DNA from: Candidatus Enterousia sp.
GTDB lineage: Bacteria; Pseudomonadota; Alphaproteobacteria; Rs-D84
Assembly (NCBI GenBank): GCA_045645645.1
Contig: JAZRJE010000017.1
Location: 3,707 to 67,706 of the forward strand
Direction: 5' to 3'
DNA: 64,000 nt
The notes beneath the pieces were generated by a model. The model was not told where the DNA came from and did no database searches. It saw only the letters and a list, made by a program, of their open reading frames with translations. Shown piece by piece: positions 20,142-32,511 of this stretch; positions within the stretch are counted from its first letter, which is position 1, and every line of letters begins with the position of its first letter. Position numbers and translations under genes: made by a program.

Positions 20142-22571
20142 TTATCGATATATGTAATTGTTTAATGTGTCTGCAATGATTGTGCCCTTTTCATTGTCGA
20201 AGCCCTTTTGTGCATCTTTCTTTTTTATAGGTTTCCAATTATACATTTTACCCATATGTGTATTGCGACCTGTTTCCAGCATGTCCCAATAAGCCATCAG
20301 CTCCTTGTATTTATCTTTGTGGTCATCGTCCCAGCTGTTTAAGACATTTGTTCGTTTATTAATACGGTCAGATAAAAAGTCGACAGTTTCTTTTGCGTCA
20401 GTCCATGTGTTCAGTCGTATTTCTGTGCGATGGTTTTCTTGTTGTTTTTGCACCAGTGCTTGTTGGCGTGCTTGAATAATTCCATCGATGTTATTGCTCA
20501 GGTTTTGTAATCTGCCCAGATAGTGCTGGCTAGATGTAATTTGGTTGCCTATATCATTTAGTTGCTGTTGTATACTTGGTAAAGCATTGTTTTGTAAATA
20601 TTGTAATTCGCTTTGGTATACAGGTATGTTTGCGGGCAATGTAGCTGGATTTGCGATTTCAGACGTTAGCCAGCGAATCCGCAATTGTATTTGGTTTTCT
20701 TGGTTCCTTAGGCCAGCCTGGTGGCGCATCATGTCCGTAATTTCCTGGTTGACTTCTCTAATTCTCGCTGGCAATTCAGCTTTTTTTTGAACTGCTTTAT
20801 CATAAGCTTGTTGCAGTTGTTGTTCAATGTTTTGATTGTTTGCATAGTCTTGTCTATGCAGGTCGATATTTGCTTCACTTATACCACCATGTGGGAAACG
20901 CGGATTAACCCTCATACTATTCAGTGTGGCTTGGTTGGCAGTAAGTATGCCTTGGTCTGCCTGTTGCTGCTGCTGCAAATCCTGGTATGCGTCCAGTGTC
21001 TGCTGTTCCCATGCGGTTTGGGCGGTTGTCATGCGACCACGTCTGCCCTTAAATTTGCTGCCCGACAGGTTTATTGCATTGCCCAGGGCTGTAATTCCAT
21101 ATCCAATTCCCATAAAGGCTGTTTTTATACTTTTGTCCAGGGCGGTTGTGACAAATTTGACGCCATCGGTTTTATTAAATGATAAACCTTTGTCAGAAAA
21201 TATCGTCATATCTGTCTTTTTAAAGGTGTCCATGATTTTGCTGGTTGTATATCCGTATTTGACAATAGATAAGACTTCCAATGCGGTTTTTGCCTCATCA
21301 ATTTTTCCATCACGAACAGCGATTAATATCATTTCTTCAATCAATACACGCAGCTGCCGACCATTACGTAATGCACCAGCAAAAGCCTTTGGCATTGTGT
21401 TTTCAAGTTCTTTCATTGTTTTTGTAAACCAATCAAAGTGTTTGCGCGCTGATGCGGATTTAATTTTTTCTTTGATTGTGTTGGCTGAATCTACAATCTT
21501 AGCCAAGCCATCTGTTGGTTTAATTTCTGCTTTATCAATTGCGCCAACGATGTTTTTTGCCTGGGGGGTAAAGAACAATGTGTCGCCACGAAGTTTTGTA
21601 TATTTTTCCAGACATTCTGAATATGTTGTATCCCACCAGTCAGATATTTGTTCAGGTAATGATAATTCGTCTGTACGTTTTGGCGGAACGTAATCGTCTG
21701 TGCCTGATTCGCCATAAGTCATGCGACTTTTGGCTTCTGCTAATTTTGATGAAATCTTACTGTGGTCATTGCTAGAAAAAACATCAAAAATGTCTTTTGT
21801 GCTATAAATTTCTTTTAATAAATCAGAATAAACGTCTTTAAATGAATCTAGTTTGCCAAGATTAATAGTGTCGACTTCAAATTTGTCACTATCAACTATT
21901 ACAGAAAAATCTATACTTGGTGGTAAATTACGTAAGTTGGCTTTAAAGTTTGGGTCGTATGTAATTCCAGATGATATACGTTGTGCAACACTTTGTAGCT
22001 TGCTTAAAAACTTTGGGCTTGTGTTGTATTTCTTGGAATTGATACCGTCCAGCAAATCAGACCAAGAAAAATCATCTGTCAAAATACCAGTCAAACGATC
22101 CGCTATTTCAGGATTGTCGCGCAACAGTTGTCCCAGTGCGCGAATTTGAGTTTCTGCTTCCGGGGTCGCTGTCGGGTGACTAAACATTTTAGAAGAATCA
22201 CCAAAATATTTGGCAAGAAACTTATTTGCCTTATCGTTATATTTGAAACTTCCTTTATTGGATTCCATTGCACGAAACGTGTTGCGAAACGCCTTGAACA
22301 ACTTTTTCCATTCATCATCTGTTAATTCCCATGCGCCACCAACTTCTTCTGGGTCGGGTAATGATTTTCGTATAAAATTTCCTGCACCGTCTTTTACAAA
22401 GTTTCCAGCTGCGTCCTTTTCCAGCAGATTGTCTGCCCATTCTTTCATATGTCCACTGTAATCTTTGTCCTTTACATAAGAACAAAATTGGACGAATTGC
22501 TCAATTGGCATATTGCGGAAATGCAATCTTTTAAAATATTCCAGCAAAAAATCATCCATTTTTACAGCCAT
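20142..22571 (-). CDS. large hypothetical protein (809 aa) with a Gln-rich predicted coiled-coil C-terminal half
   Basis: Single long ORF; no signal peptide; QQQQQ and Q/N-rich heptad-like stretches between residues ~530 and ~720; no enzymatic motif recognised. Confidence 0.55.
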   Translation of the reverse strand: MAVKMDDFLLEYFKRLHFRNMPIEQFVQFCSYVKDKDYSGHMKEWADNLLEKDAAGNFVKDGAGNFIRKSLPDPEEVGGAWELTDDEWKKLFKAFRNTFRAMESNKGSFKYNDKANKFLAKYFGDSSKMFSHPTATPEAETQIRALGQLLRDNPEIADRLTGILTDDFSWSDLLDGINSKKYNTSPKFLSKLQSVAQRISSGITYDPNFKANLRNLPPSIDFSVIVDSDKFEVDTINLGKLDSFKDVYSDLLKEIYSTKDIFDVFSSNDHSKISSKLAEAKSRMTYGESGTDDYVPPKRTDELSLPEQISDWWDTTYSECLEKYTKLRGDTLFFTPQAKNIVGAIDKAEIKPTDGLAKIVDSANTIKEKIKSASARKHFDWFTKTMKELENTMPKAFAGALRNGRQLRVLIEEMILIAVRDGKIDEAKTALEVLSIVKYGYTTSKIMDTFKKTDMTIFSDKGLSFNKTDGVKFVTTALDKSIKTAFMGIGYGITALGNAINLSGSKFKGRRGRMTTAQTAWEQQTLDAYQDLQQQQQADQGILTANQATLNSMRVNPRFPHGGISEANIDLHRQDYANNQNIEQQLQQAYDKAVQKKAELPARIREVNQEITDMMRHQAGLRNQENQIQLRIRWLTSEIANPATLPANIPVYQSELQYLQNNALPSIQQQLNDIGNQITSSQHYLGRLQNLSNNIDGIIQARQQALVQKQQENHRTEIRLNTWTDAKETVDFLSDRINKRTNVLNSWDDDHKDKYKELMAYWDMLETGRNTHMGKMYNWKPIKKKDAQKGFDNEKGTIIADTLNNYIYR

Positions 22572-22693
22572 TGGTGCATGCCTTTATCTTTCACTGCATA
22601 TTATAGTGCATTTTTCCCAAAATTTCAATCTTTTTGGTGTTAATTATCGATGTTATGGTGTATCATTATGTCATAATAGTTTATGGGGGACTT

Positions 22694-23869
22694 ATGCGAC
22701 GTTTGTTACTAGGAATTTATGGTTTTGCTTTTTTTAACAAATTTTTGTTGCTGACGCCTGTTTATGCGATTTTTATGCAACAGAATGGTCTGTCAGATAT
22801 GCAACTTTCAACAATGTTTATTATTTCTGCATTTGGTACTATATTGGCTCAAATGCCAATTACGTACATTACAAATCGGATTGGTCAGCGTGGATCTATG
22901 ACGGTTGGTCAATTATTAAAGGCGCTGGCAGTTTTGTTATGGATATTTTGTCCAAATTACGCAGGATTTGCAACAGGCATGTTTTTGTGGGGGATTCAGG
23001 CGGGATTTCGCAGTGTTGCATTCGAAGGGCTGGTTTACGATTCTGTGTCAGCATATGGATTGCGTAGCGAATATTCGCGTATTCTTGGCCGCAAGGCTAC
23101 TTATGAGTCTTTTGGTACAGCGCTATCAGCCTTTGGGTCGTTGTTGATGTTTATGGGCTATGATTGGGTGACGTGGGCGTCTGTTGCTGCTATATTAATA
23201 TCGATTGTTTGTTTGATGCTAGTGCCATATAAAACCGATAGTAAACAGATTTCTATTGCGTCAACCCGTCCCAGTAAATTGTTGCGCACAGGGCTGCGTG
23301 TATGTTTACAAACCCCATGTTTAATGTCGATAATGGTATTAACGCTTTTAATTATAAATATTCCATTTTTAGATGATTTTTTAAGTCCGATTGGATTGCA
23401 AATTGGAATCCCGACGGAATATGTTGGTGTTGTTCCGCTGTTCTTGCTTGGGTGTGCAACGATTGGTCAGCGATTTGCATATAAATTTGCCAACATATCG
23501 GATATTTTATTATACATATTAATAGGGGGTGTTGGTGGTCTGTTTATGTTGTTTGGGATTAAGTACGATATCAGTTCCTTGTGGTTAATGGGTATAGCAT
23601 ATACCATATTTTATGGTGTTTATACAATACTGTATTCTCGCTTTCAGCACATGATTCCGCCCAGATTTCGTTCAGTTGTTTTGTCGTTGTATACGACCAT
23701 AAACTATGTTTTGTATATGATTGTATGCGGGATTGTTGGCTTAGGGTCAATGTTAGGCAGTTGGCGTTTTAGTATAATTATTCTTGGTGGTTTAATGTTG
23801 TGTTTATGTATGTGGGCATTTGTGTTTTTGCGTCGTCAGTGCTCTGTTTTAGATGGACAAGAAATTTAG
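22694..23869 (+). CDS. polytopic membrane transporter (MFS-like), tandem paralog 1
   Basis: ~12 hydrophobic segments; start at the ATG after GGGGGA at 22694; ~45% identical to the next gene. Confidence 0.5.
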   Translation: MRRLLLGIYGFAFFNKFLLLTPVYAIFMQQNGLSDMQLSTMFIISAFGTILAQMPITYITNRIGQRGSMTVGQLLKALAVLLWIFCPNYAGFATGMFLWGIQAGFRSVAFEGLVYDSVSAYGLRSEYSRILGRKATYESFGTALSAFGSLLMFMGYDWVTWASVAAILISIVCLMLVPYKTDSKQISIASTRPSKLLRTGLRVCLQTPCLMSIMVLTLLIINIPFLDDFLSPIGLQIGIPTEYVGVVPLFLLGCATIGQRFAYKFANISDILLYILIGGVGGLFMLFGIKYDISSLWLMGIAYTIFYGVYTILYSRFQHMIPPRFRSVVLSLYTTINYVLYMIVCGIVGLGSMLGSWRFSIIILGGLMLCLCMWAFVFLRRQCSVLDGQEI

Positions 23870-23923
23870 TTCTGGGCTTTTAATCAAAAAAGGACTATAA
23901 TCCTTACTGAATAGGTAAGGTTT

Positions 23924-25165
23924 ATGAGAGTCAAAACATCTCTTCGTTGTTTTTTATCGAATGTTTATGCTTATATATTTTTCAATAAACTGTTGCTTTT
24001 GACACCAGTTTATGCGGTGTTTATGCAGTCGCATGGAATGTCTGATATGCAGCTGTCTGCATTGTTTATCATATTGTCTGTTGGGACATTTATGACCCAG
24101 ATACCAGTAACGTGGATAACAAATAAACTGGGGGCGAAAAATGCGATTAATCTGGGGCAGATTTTAAAAGCAATTGCTTTTGTTTTATGGTTGGTTTGTC
24201 CTACATTTATTGGGTTTGCGGTTGGGATGTTTTTATGGGGAATTCAATGTGCATTTTTTAATGTTGCGTTTGAAGGCATGTTATATGACGAATTGCGCGC
24301 CAGACGTCATCATGATATTTATGCACGTGTGCTGGGGACACGATACAATATATCTGCGGTTGCAGCTGCTTTTTCAGCGTTTGGATCGCTGTTGATGTTT
24401 GTTGGATATGAATGGATTACATTGGCATCATTGATTTCAGTTGCTGTTTCTATGGTATGTATAAATCGCATCCAATTGCGTGCGCGTCGCAAAAATGGCA
24501 AGACACATTTTAGAAAAACAAGTTTTATGAAATTATTTCGCTCGGGGACTAAGATTTGTATTCAGACCCCGTGTATATTTTTAATGTTGATATTGACGCT
24601 TTTAGTCAGCAATATTTGTTACTTGGACGATTATTTAAGTCCAATAGGGGTGGAAATTGGTTTGCCTGTTGTCTATGTTGGCTTGGTTCAATTTTTTGCA
24701 CTGGGGTGCAGTGTTTTTGGGCAAACATTTGCGCACCGATTTAAAAAGGTTCCAGATTGGGTTTTGTATTTATCGATAAGCATAGCTGGTGGTTTATATA
24801 TTGTTTTTTCTATTTTCTATTCTGTGTCAGGCTTATGGGCGCTTGGGGCGGCTTATGCGTTGTTTGCTGCATTATATATACTTCTTTATTCCAGGTTTCA
24901 AGATTTTTTACCATCCATATATCGATCTGTAATTTTGTCGTTGTACAGCATTGGTGATAACATAGTTTATATAATAACATGTTTGTTAGTAGGCTTAGGT
25001 GGTACAATGGGCAGCTGGCGGTACAGTATATTTATATTAGGAACCATATTGGTATTAGTTGGCTTATGGGCATTGTTATTTATCAAGAATAGATGTGCGA
25101 ATGCATATAATCCAAATCTTCGTGTTATAAAAACGGTGCATCCTACTGGCGATGATATTGTTTAG
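23924..25165 (+). CDS. polytopic membrane transporter (MFS-like), tandem paralog 2
   Basis: Same architecture and conserved blocks (FFNKLLLLTPVYA.FMQ..G.SDMQLS, FEG..YD) as 22694..23869. Confidence 0.5.
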   Translation: MRVKTSLRCFLSNVYAYIFFNKLLLLTPVYAVFMQSHGMSDMQLSALFIILSVGTFMTQIPVTWITNKLGAKNAINLGQILKAIAFVLWLVCPTFIGFAVGMFLWGIQCAFFNVAFEGMLYDELRARRHHDIYARVLGTRYNISAVAAAFSAFGSLLMFVGYEWITLASLISVAVSMVCINRIQLRARRKNGKTHFRKTSFMKLFRSGTKICIQTPCIFLMLILTLLVSNICYLDDYLSPIGVEIGLPVVYVGLVQFFALGCSVFGQTFAHRFKKVPDWVLYLSISIAGGLYIVFSIFYSVSGLWALGAAYALFAALYILLYSRFQDFLPSIYRSVILSLYSIGDNIVYIITCLLVGLGGTMGSWRYSIFILGTILVLVGLWALLFIKNRCANAYNPNLRVIKTVHPTGDDIV

Positions 25166-25213
25166 ACATATGTTCCTGTGTATGCGACGACAGAAAAAAT
25201 ATAAAATGCGGAT

Positions 25214-25888
25214 ATGAAAATAAATATTCGCAATTTTTTATTAAAGTCATTACCGTATCTGATGTCTATTGCTGGTGGATTGATATTATACACAGGTGCG
25301 ATAGATAATGCACCAAATCCAAATATTCGTGATTTGGTAATTAATGTTTCGGCTTCATTGTTATCAATCCCACTGGTGTTTCTGTTATATGATTATACAA
25401 ATTCACGTATAGCAAATCAGATGAAGAAGTCTGTTGCAAACAATATGGCTGACAAGTTAAACTCAGTTCTTGTAAATATTATTTTTATGCTACGTGATGC
25501 ATTGGGTGTTCGCAGCAAATTAAGCTTAGAAAGCTTAAATCGAATGTTGGTCTGGCGTACGCCTGAAATTTCTCGTCGATTAAATATAAGTCCACGTGTT
25601 TTGGAAAATTTACATACGTGTCATAATGACTTAGATACACTTTTATTTCGTAACAGTCAGACGAATATATTATCTGCTGATCAAACCCAGATATTATCAT
25701 CAATTGCACGATCTATGGCTCATTTGATAAACGAAAGTAAATTTCATAAAAGTCGTCGTATTTCTGCAAAATATGTTGAAAACATTATGACTCACATACT
25801 AGATTGGCTTGATATAGACAGTGTCGCTGTACTGGATTTAGCAAAACATTTATCTCCATCGAATGTGCTTGATGAACACAAAAAGTAA
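25214..25888 (+). CDS. hypothetical membrane protein
   Basis: Two N-terminal TM helices then ~150 aa soluble; no motif recognised. Confidence 0.4.
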   Translation: MKINIRNFLLKSLPYLMSIAGGLILYTGAIDNAPNPNIRDLVINVSASLLSIPLVFLLYDYTNSRIANQMKKSVANNMADKLNSVLVNIIFMLRDALGVRSKLSLESLNRMLVWRTPEISRRLNISPRVLENLHTCHNDLDTLLFRNSQTNILSADQTQILSSIARSMAHLINESKFHKSRRISAKYVENIMTHILDWLDIDSVAVLDLAKHLSPSNVLDEHKK

Positions 25889-25989
25889 ATTTTTATTATT
25901 TTTTCTTGATTTTTGTTTTTAAATATGTCAAAATTGCCCCCGACCCATGGAAAAAGGATTGCAAAATTCTTTCTTCCAGGTCCGGTTTT

Positions 25990-26065
25990 GGGGCTATAGC
26001 TCAGTTGGTAGAGCAAATGACTTTTAATCATTGGGTCCAGGGTTCGAGTCCCTGTGGCCCCACCA
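25990..26065 (+). tRNA. tRNA-Lys (anticodon TTT)
   Basis: GGGGCTATAGCTCAGTTGGTAGAGCAAATGACTTTTAATCATTGGGTCCAGGGTTCGAGTCCCTGTGGCCCCACCA. Confidence 0.9.
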
Positions 26066-26066
26066 G

Positions 26067-26097
26067 AATAACCTGCTGATTTCAGCAGGTTTTTTAA
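26067..26097 (+). terminator. intrinsic terminator after tRNA-Lys
   Basis: ACCTGCTGATTTCAGCAGGTtttttaa. Confidence 0.6.
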
Positions 26098-26221
26098 TGT
26101 GTTTTGCATCACAAATGTGGAAAACTTGCTAAGATTGCGCCTTAAAAACATTCCTTATGTTGAAACGTTGACTTGAATAATTAATATGTTGTATTATTAG
26201 CTGTATCAAAAAAAGGGGGGC

Positions 26222-26602
26222 ATGGGAATGAAATATTTAATACAATTTGCAATAATCATGCTTTATGTCTTGCTGGGAGAATTTCTGGCACATATTATCC
26301 CTTTTCCAATCGCGGGCAGTGTTTATGGAATGGTACTGTTGTTTTTATCTTTGGTTTTTGGTGTTGTTAAGTTGTCGTGGGTCGCAAATATTGCTGATTG
26401 GTTGCACAGTGTTATGGGGTTGTTTTTTATTGCGCCAGCGGTTGCAATCATAGATATCTGGTCTGAAATATCAGGAATTTGGCCAATATTGGTTGTCTTG
26501 TTAATTTTAACGTATTTAATATCAATATTGATGACAGGTGTTACAACCCAAGCAATGATAAACAAGTTTGATAAAAAGCATAACACAAAGGGGAAGAAAT
26601 GA
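26222..26602 (+). CDS. lrgA: LrgA/CidA family holin-like protein
   Basis: ~120 aa with 4 TM helices; 4-bp overlap with the downstream lrgB-like gene. Confidence 0.65.
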   Translation: MGMKYLIQFAIIMLYVLLGEFLAHIIPFPIAGSVYGMVLLFLSLVFGVVKLSWVANIADWLHSVMGLFFIAPAVAIIDIWSEISGIWPILVVLLILTYLISILMTGVTTQAMINKFDKKHNTKGKK

Positions 26603-27294
26603 TTGAATTTTTTTCAACTTCGGAATCGTTTGGTTTTGTTCTGACATTGGTTATGTTTTTGATAGCAAGTCTGATAAATCGCAAATATCCAAATCCATTT
26701 ACAACACCATTATTTTTAGGGACGGTGTTTGTCATTTTATTTTTGACTATGTTTGATGTTTCATACGCGTCATATAATTCCAGTGCGAAATATATTACAT
26801 ATTTTTTACTGCCTGTTACAGTGTGTTTTGCTGTTCCAATGTACCGTCATTTGACATTATTGCGCCGATATGCATGGTCGATTTTTTTTGGTATGTTAAT
26901 CGGTGTTGTATCATCTGTTTTGACAGTTGTTTTAGTTTGTATTTTGTTTGGTTTGGGGGATTTAGTTGCAAGATCTATGGTTTCGATATCTGTAACGACG
27001 GCAATCGCAGTTGATATTACTCAAGAATTAGGTGGTGTTGTTGCATTGACGGTTTCTTCGGTAATTGTTACTGGCATTTTAGGAGCGTCAGTAAGTGAAT
27101 GGATATGTCGTAAGATTGGATTAGTAAATCCGATTGCGCGCGGTTTGGCAATTGGAAATGCGTCGCATGCAGCTGGAACCAGTCGTGCGATGCTGATCAG
27201 CCCCCAAGACGGTGCGGCCAGCAGTTTAGCAATTGTTATATCTGGTATACTGACGGCTATTATTGCGCCACTGGTCATATCGATATATTTTTAA
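26599..27294 (+). CDS. lrgB: LrgB/CidB family membrane protein
   Basis: 231 aa polytopic membrane protein with LrgB-like Gly-rich segments (ASHAAGTSRA); paired with lrgA. Confidence 0.65.
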   Translation: MIEFFSTSESFGFVLTLVMFLIASLINRKYPNPFTTPLFLGTVFVILFLTMFDVSYASYNSSAKYITYFLLPVTVCFAVPMYRHLTLLRRYAWSIFFGMLIGVVSSVLTVVLVCILFGLGDLVARSMVSISVTTAIAVDITQELGGVVALTVSSVIVTGILGASVSEWICRKIGLVNPIARGLAIGNASHAAGTSRAMLISPQDGAASSLAIVISGILTAIIAPLVISIYF

Positions 27295-27328
27295 AATGTT
27301 ATTTTTTCCAATTGTGTTGTGTTTATGA

Positions 27329-29341
<2,013 letters not shown>

Positions 29342-29419
29342 GGAATTTTTGTTATTGCTTTCATTTAAAAAGGTTGTATAATCACTCCGCAATTTATTAG
29401 TAACTTTAGGGGAAAACAT

Positions 29420-30727
29420 ATGTTCAAAAAAGAAAAAATCAAAGATTTACATTATTCTGTAAACGGTTTGATTACCGCAGATGAATTACAGGCAGCGGCA
29501 GATGAAATTTTGTTGGAACATGGGAAAAAGGTTAAGTTGCCAGGTTTCCGCCAGGGCAAGGTTCCATTAAATATCTTGCGCCAGAAATATAATGCATCCG
29601 CATATGGTGATGCAATTGATAGAATGATAAATCGTGATCTAGAAGTGTATGCTGCAGAAAAGAAAATCCGCTTAGCTGGTGCACCAAAGGTTGATTTGTC
29701 TGGTTGGACAATTGGTCAAGATGCAGAATATTCTATGGAATTTGATATTTTGCCAACGTTGCCAGCCGTTGAATTGGATAAATTTACAATCACTAAAAAA
29801 GTTGCTGATTTAGATGAAAAAGAGATAGAAGCAGCGTTAAATAATATTCGCAAGTCACGCAGCACAGCAGAAAAACAAAGTGCGACATACAAGGCTGCAG
29901 AAGGTGACGTTGCAGTTATCGACTTCAAAGGTTTTGTTAACGACGTTGCATTTGAAGGTGGCGAAGCTAAAAAGCATCATCTGATTTTAGGATCTGGTTC
30001 ATTTATTCCAGGGTTTGAAGATCAGGTTATTGGTCACAAAGCTGGTGATAAATTTGATGTAAACGTCAAATTCCCAGAAAACTATCATGCCACAAATCTG
30101 GCAGGCAAGGATGCGCGTTTCGAAGTCTTGGTACACGATGTACGCAAGCATGTTTTGCCAGAATTAAATGATGAATTGGCAAAACAGGTTGGTCAAGATT
30201 CTGTTGAAGCATTGCGTGAACATATTCGCAAAATTTTGATGGAACAGTACGATGATGCAGCTAAACGTGAAATGCGTAACGAGCTGTTGGATGTACTGGC
30301 AGACAAGGTTAAGTTAGATTTACCAGAATCGTTGGTTGAACAAGAATACAACATGGCAAAATCTGAATTTGATCGCAAACATGCACATTGTCATGATGAA
30401 AAGTGTGATCATAAATGGGATGAAAAATCTGAACACAAAGATGCAGAACGTCGCGTTAAGTTGGGACTGATTTTGGCTGAATGGGGTACCCAGAACAAGG
30501 TTGAAGTCACACGTGAAGATTTGCAACAGGCAATCTGGGCTGAAGCATCTAGCTTCCCAGATCCAAAACAGGTGTTTGATTTTTATAACAAGAATCAAAA
30601 TGCGTTGGCAATGTTGCGTGGTATGATTTTCGAACGCAAGGCATTGGATGCAATGCTGACACACGTTAAGACCAAGGATAAAAAGGTTCCTGCTGACGAA
30701 TTGTTCAAACAGGCATCTGTTCGCTAA
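29420..30727 (+). CDS. tig: trigger factor
   Basis: N-terminal ribosome-binding region (GFRQGKVP), central FKBP-type PPIase domain, C-terminal helical arm; 435 aa. Confidence 0.9.
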   Translation: MFKKEKIKDLHYSVNGLITADELQAAADEILLEHGKKVKLPGFRQGKVPLNILRQKYNASAYGDAIDRMINRDLEVYAAEKKIRLAGAPKVDLSGWTIGQDAEYSMEFDILPTLPAVELDKFTITKKVADLDEKEIEAALNNIRKSRSTAEKQSATYKAAEGDVAVIDFKGFVNDVAFEGGEAKKHHLILGSGSFIPGFEDQVIGHKAGDKFDVNVKFPENYHATNLAGKDARFEVLVHDVRKHVLPELNDELAKQVGQDSVEALREHIRKILMEQYDDAAKREMRNELLDVLADKVKLDLPESLVEQEYNMAKSEFDRKHAHCHDEKCDHKWDEKSEHKDAERRVKLGLILAEWGTQNKVEVTREDLQQAIWAEASSFPDPKQVFDFYNKNQNALAMLRGMIFERKALDAMLTHVKTKDKKVPADELFKQASVR

Positions 30728-30732
30728 ACAAA

Positions 30733-30762
30733 TAAACGTCCCGATTGGGACGTTTTTATTTG
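30733..30762 (+). terminator. intrinsic terminator after tig
   Basis: aaACGTCCCgattGGGACGTttttattt. Confidence 0.6.
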
Positions 30763-30815
30763 ACTTAGATTTAATAAAATTCCAAACTAAATATAAATAA
30801 ACAAAGGGGACTAAC

Positions 30816-31781
30816 ATGCAGGCATATCTAGACATATTGGGCAATATTTATAATAACTGTTCCGACATGCGGCAAAATCGTACAGGAATTCCTGATATTG
30901 GTCTGGGGTATGGCGCAACGTTTGTTCATGATATGTCAATGGGTTTCCCACTGATTACAACCAAGAAAATGGGATTAAAGAATATTGCAACAGAACTAGA
31001 GTTCTTTATTCGTGGAATTACCGATAAAAAATGGCTACAAGACAGAAAGTGTAAAATTTGGAACGAATGGGCCAACCCAGTGAAGGTTGAACAAGAATAC
31101 AATATGAAAATCCACATGCTGGAAAAGAGCGGGGAGCTTACTGCAGCTCAGAAACAGGCAGTTCGTGACTATGTTATGGACTGTGAACGTGATTTAGGGC
31201 CGATTTATGGTTTTCAATGGCGACATTTCGGTGGTGAATACCAGTGGGATAAGGCCAGAATTGAAAAAGACCCAACGGATAACTTTAATCCAAAACAACC
31301 CGGTATTGACCAGGTTGCAAACGCAATAGATAAATTAAAGAAAAACCCCAATGACCGTCGGATAATTGTTTCTGCATGGAACCCTACAGAATTTTATCAG
31401 ATGGCGTTGCCACCATGCCACATGATGCACCAGTTAATTGTACGTGATGGTAAATTAAACCTTATCTGGACCCAGCGTTCATGTGATATGTTCCTGGGCA
31501 TACCGTATAATATTGCCAGTTATGCTCTGTTATTATTGTTGTATGCCAAAGAAGCAGGATTAACCCCTGGAATATTAAAGGGTGAATTGCACGATGCGCA
31601 TATTTACAGCAACCATCTGGACCAGGTTGCAACCCAATTAACGCGCACGCCACACCCATTGCCAACGGTTGAGATTCCTGATGAAAATTGGCGTGGTATG
31701 CTGAATTGGCACGCAGACGGCGGCTTTGTATTGCGTGATTATGTTTGCCATGAAGCATTGCGTGGAGCAGTTGCCAGATAA
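30816..31781 (+). CDS. thyA: thymidylate synthase (long form with insertion)
   Basis: RTGIPD, FPLITTKK, DRRIIVSAWNP, catalytic Cys in LPPCHMMHQ, and DMFLGIPYNIASYALL. An FQWRHFGGEY block and ~35-aa insert resemble long-form TS. Confidence 0.9.
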   Translation: MQAYLDILGNIYNNCSDMRQNRTGIPDIGLGYGATFVHDMSMGFPLITTKKMGLKNIATELEFFIRGITDKKWLQDRKCKIWNEWANPVKVEQEYNMKIHMLEKSGELTAAQKQAVRDYVMDCERDLGPIYGFQWRHFGGEYQWDKARIEKDPTDNFNPKQPGIDQVANAIDKLKKNPNDRRIIVSAWNPTEFYQMALPPCHMMHQLIVRDGKLNLIWTQRSCDMFLGIPYNIASYALLLLLYAKEAGLTPGILKGELHDAHIYSNHLDQVATQLTRTPHPLPTVEIPDENWRGMLNWHADGGFVLRDYVCHEALRGAVAR

Positions 31782-31788
31782 ATAGTTG

Positions 31789-31817
31789 TTGACAATATGA
31801 ATATTTTGTCCTAGTAT
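31789..31817 (+). promoter_or_regulatory. sigma70-like promoter (TTGACA-N17-TAGTAT) immediately upstream of the 31828 ORF
   Basis: Near-consensus -35 and -10 hexamers with 17-bp spacing; the -10 ends 10 bp before the ATG, implying a very short or leaderless 5' UTR. Confidence 0.45.
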
Positions 31818-31827
31818 AGCGCATGCT

Positions 31828-32499
31828 ATGCATGGACAAGATAAGCATTTTGAACAACAAAAATCGTTTTTTAACAGCCGAATAGTTGGTAATTCTCGGC
31901 CATTGTCTACTTATATGAAAGTGTTTCAGATTTCGCGTTGTGACATAAAGAAGTTATTAGAAGGCAAAAAATTATTATTAGTTGGTGGTGGACATTCACA
32001 GATTCAGCGTACACTTGATTTTGTTAAGATTAATTGCGATGTCACAAACGTTGACCCGTATATTAAAGATTCACGTTCTGCGCGCACAGTTATAAACAAA
32101 GATTTTATCGACACAGATTTTGAAAACGAATTTGATGAAGTTTGGGCGTTGTATTCATTGCCACTGTATTCGCCTGATATTCAACATGCTGTTAGATTTT
32201 ACAGACGTGCAGCAGTTGCGCTGAAACCTGGTGGCACATTGCGTATTGGCGGACACCCAAAATGGGTAAATGGCGCATTATTAGCCCCTGTGCACTTTAT
32301 TCGTGACAGTATGAATTTTATGGTTCTCGATATGAAGATTGAAGAGACGTTCTCGTTACCATATACACTGCCACCGCATCATAAATTTAATATCAATTAT
32401 ACACTGCTTCCAGAATCTCGTCATTGGGAAATGTGGACTGCGCCAACCATTCCCGCAATTAAACGGGCATTAAATGATCATATAAAAAGATTAAGATAA
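31828..32499 (+). CDS. putative class I SAM-dependent methyltransferase-like protein
   Basis: Rossmann-like LLLVGGGHS (motif I-like) and LKPGGTLRI (motif III-like); the true start is uncertain (an alternative Met lies at 31915). Confidence 0.4.
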   Translation: MHGQDKHFEQQKSFFNSRIVGNSRPLSTYMKVFQISRCDIKKLLEGKKLLLVGGGHSQIQRTLDFVKINCDVTNVDPYIKDSRSARTVINKDFIDTDFENEFDEVWALYSLPLYSPDIQHAVRFYRRAAVALKPGGTLRIGGHPKWVNGALLAPVHFIRDSMNFMVLDMKIEETFSLPYTLPPHHKFNINYTLLPESRHWEMWTAPTIPAIKRALNDHIKRLR

Positions 32500-32511
32500 A
32501 GGAAATAAGCT

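Noticed and set aside
25792-26151. 119-aa minus-strand ORF overlapping tRNA-Lys
   Set aside because: It covers the tRNA-Lys gene and its terminator; no independent support.
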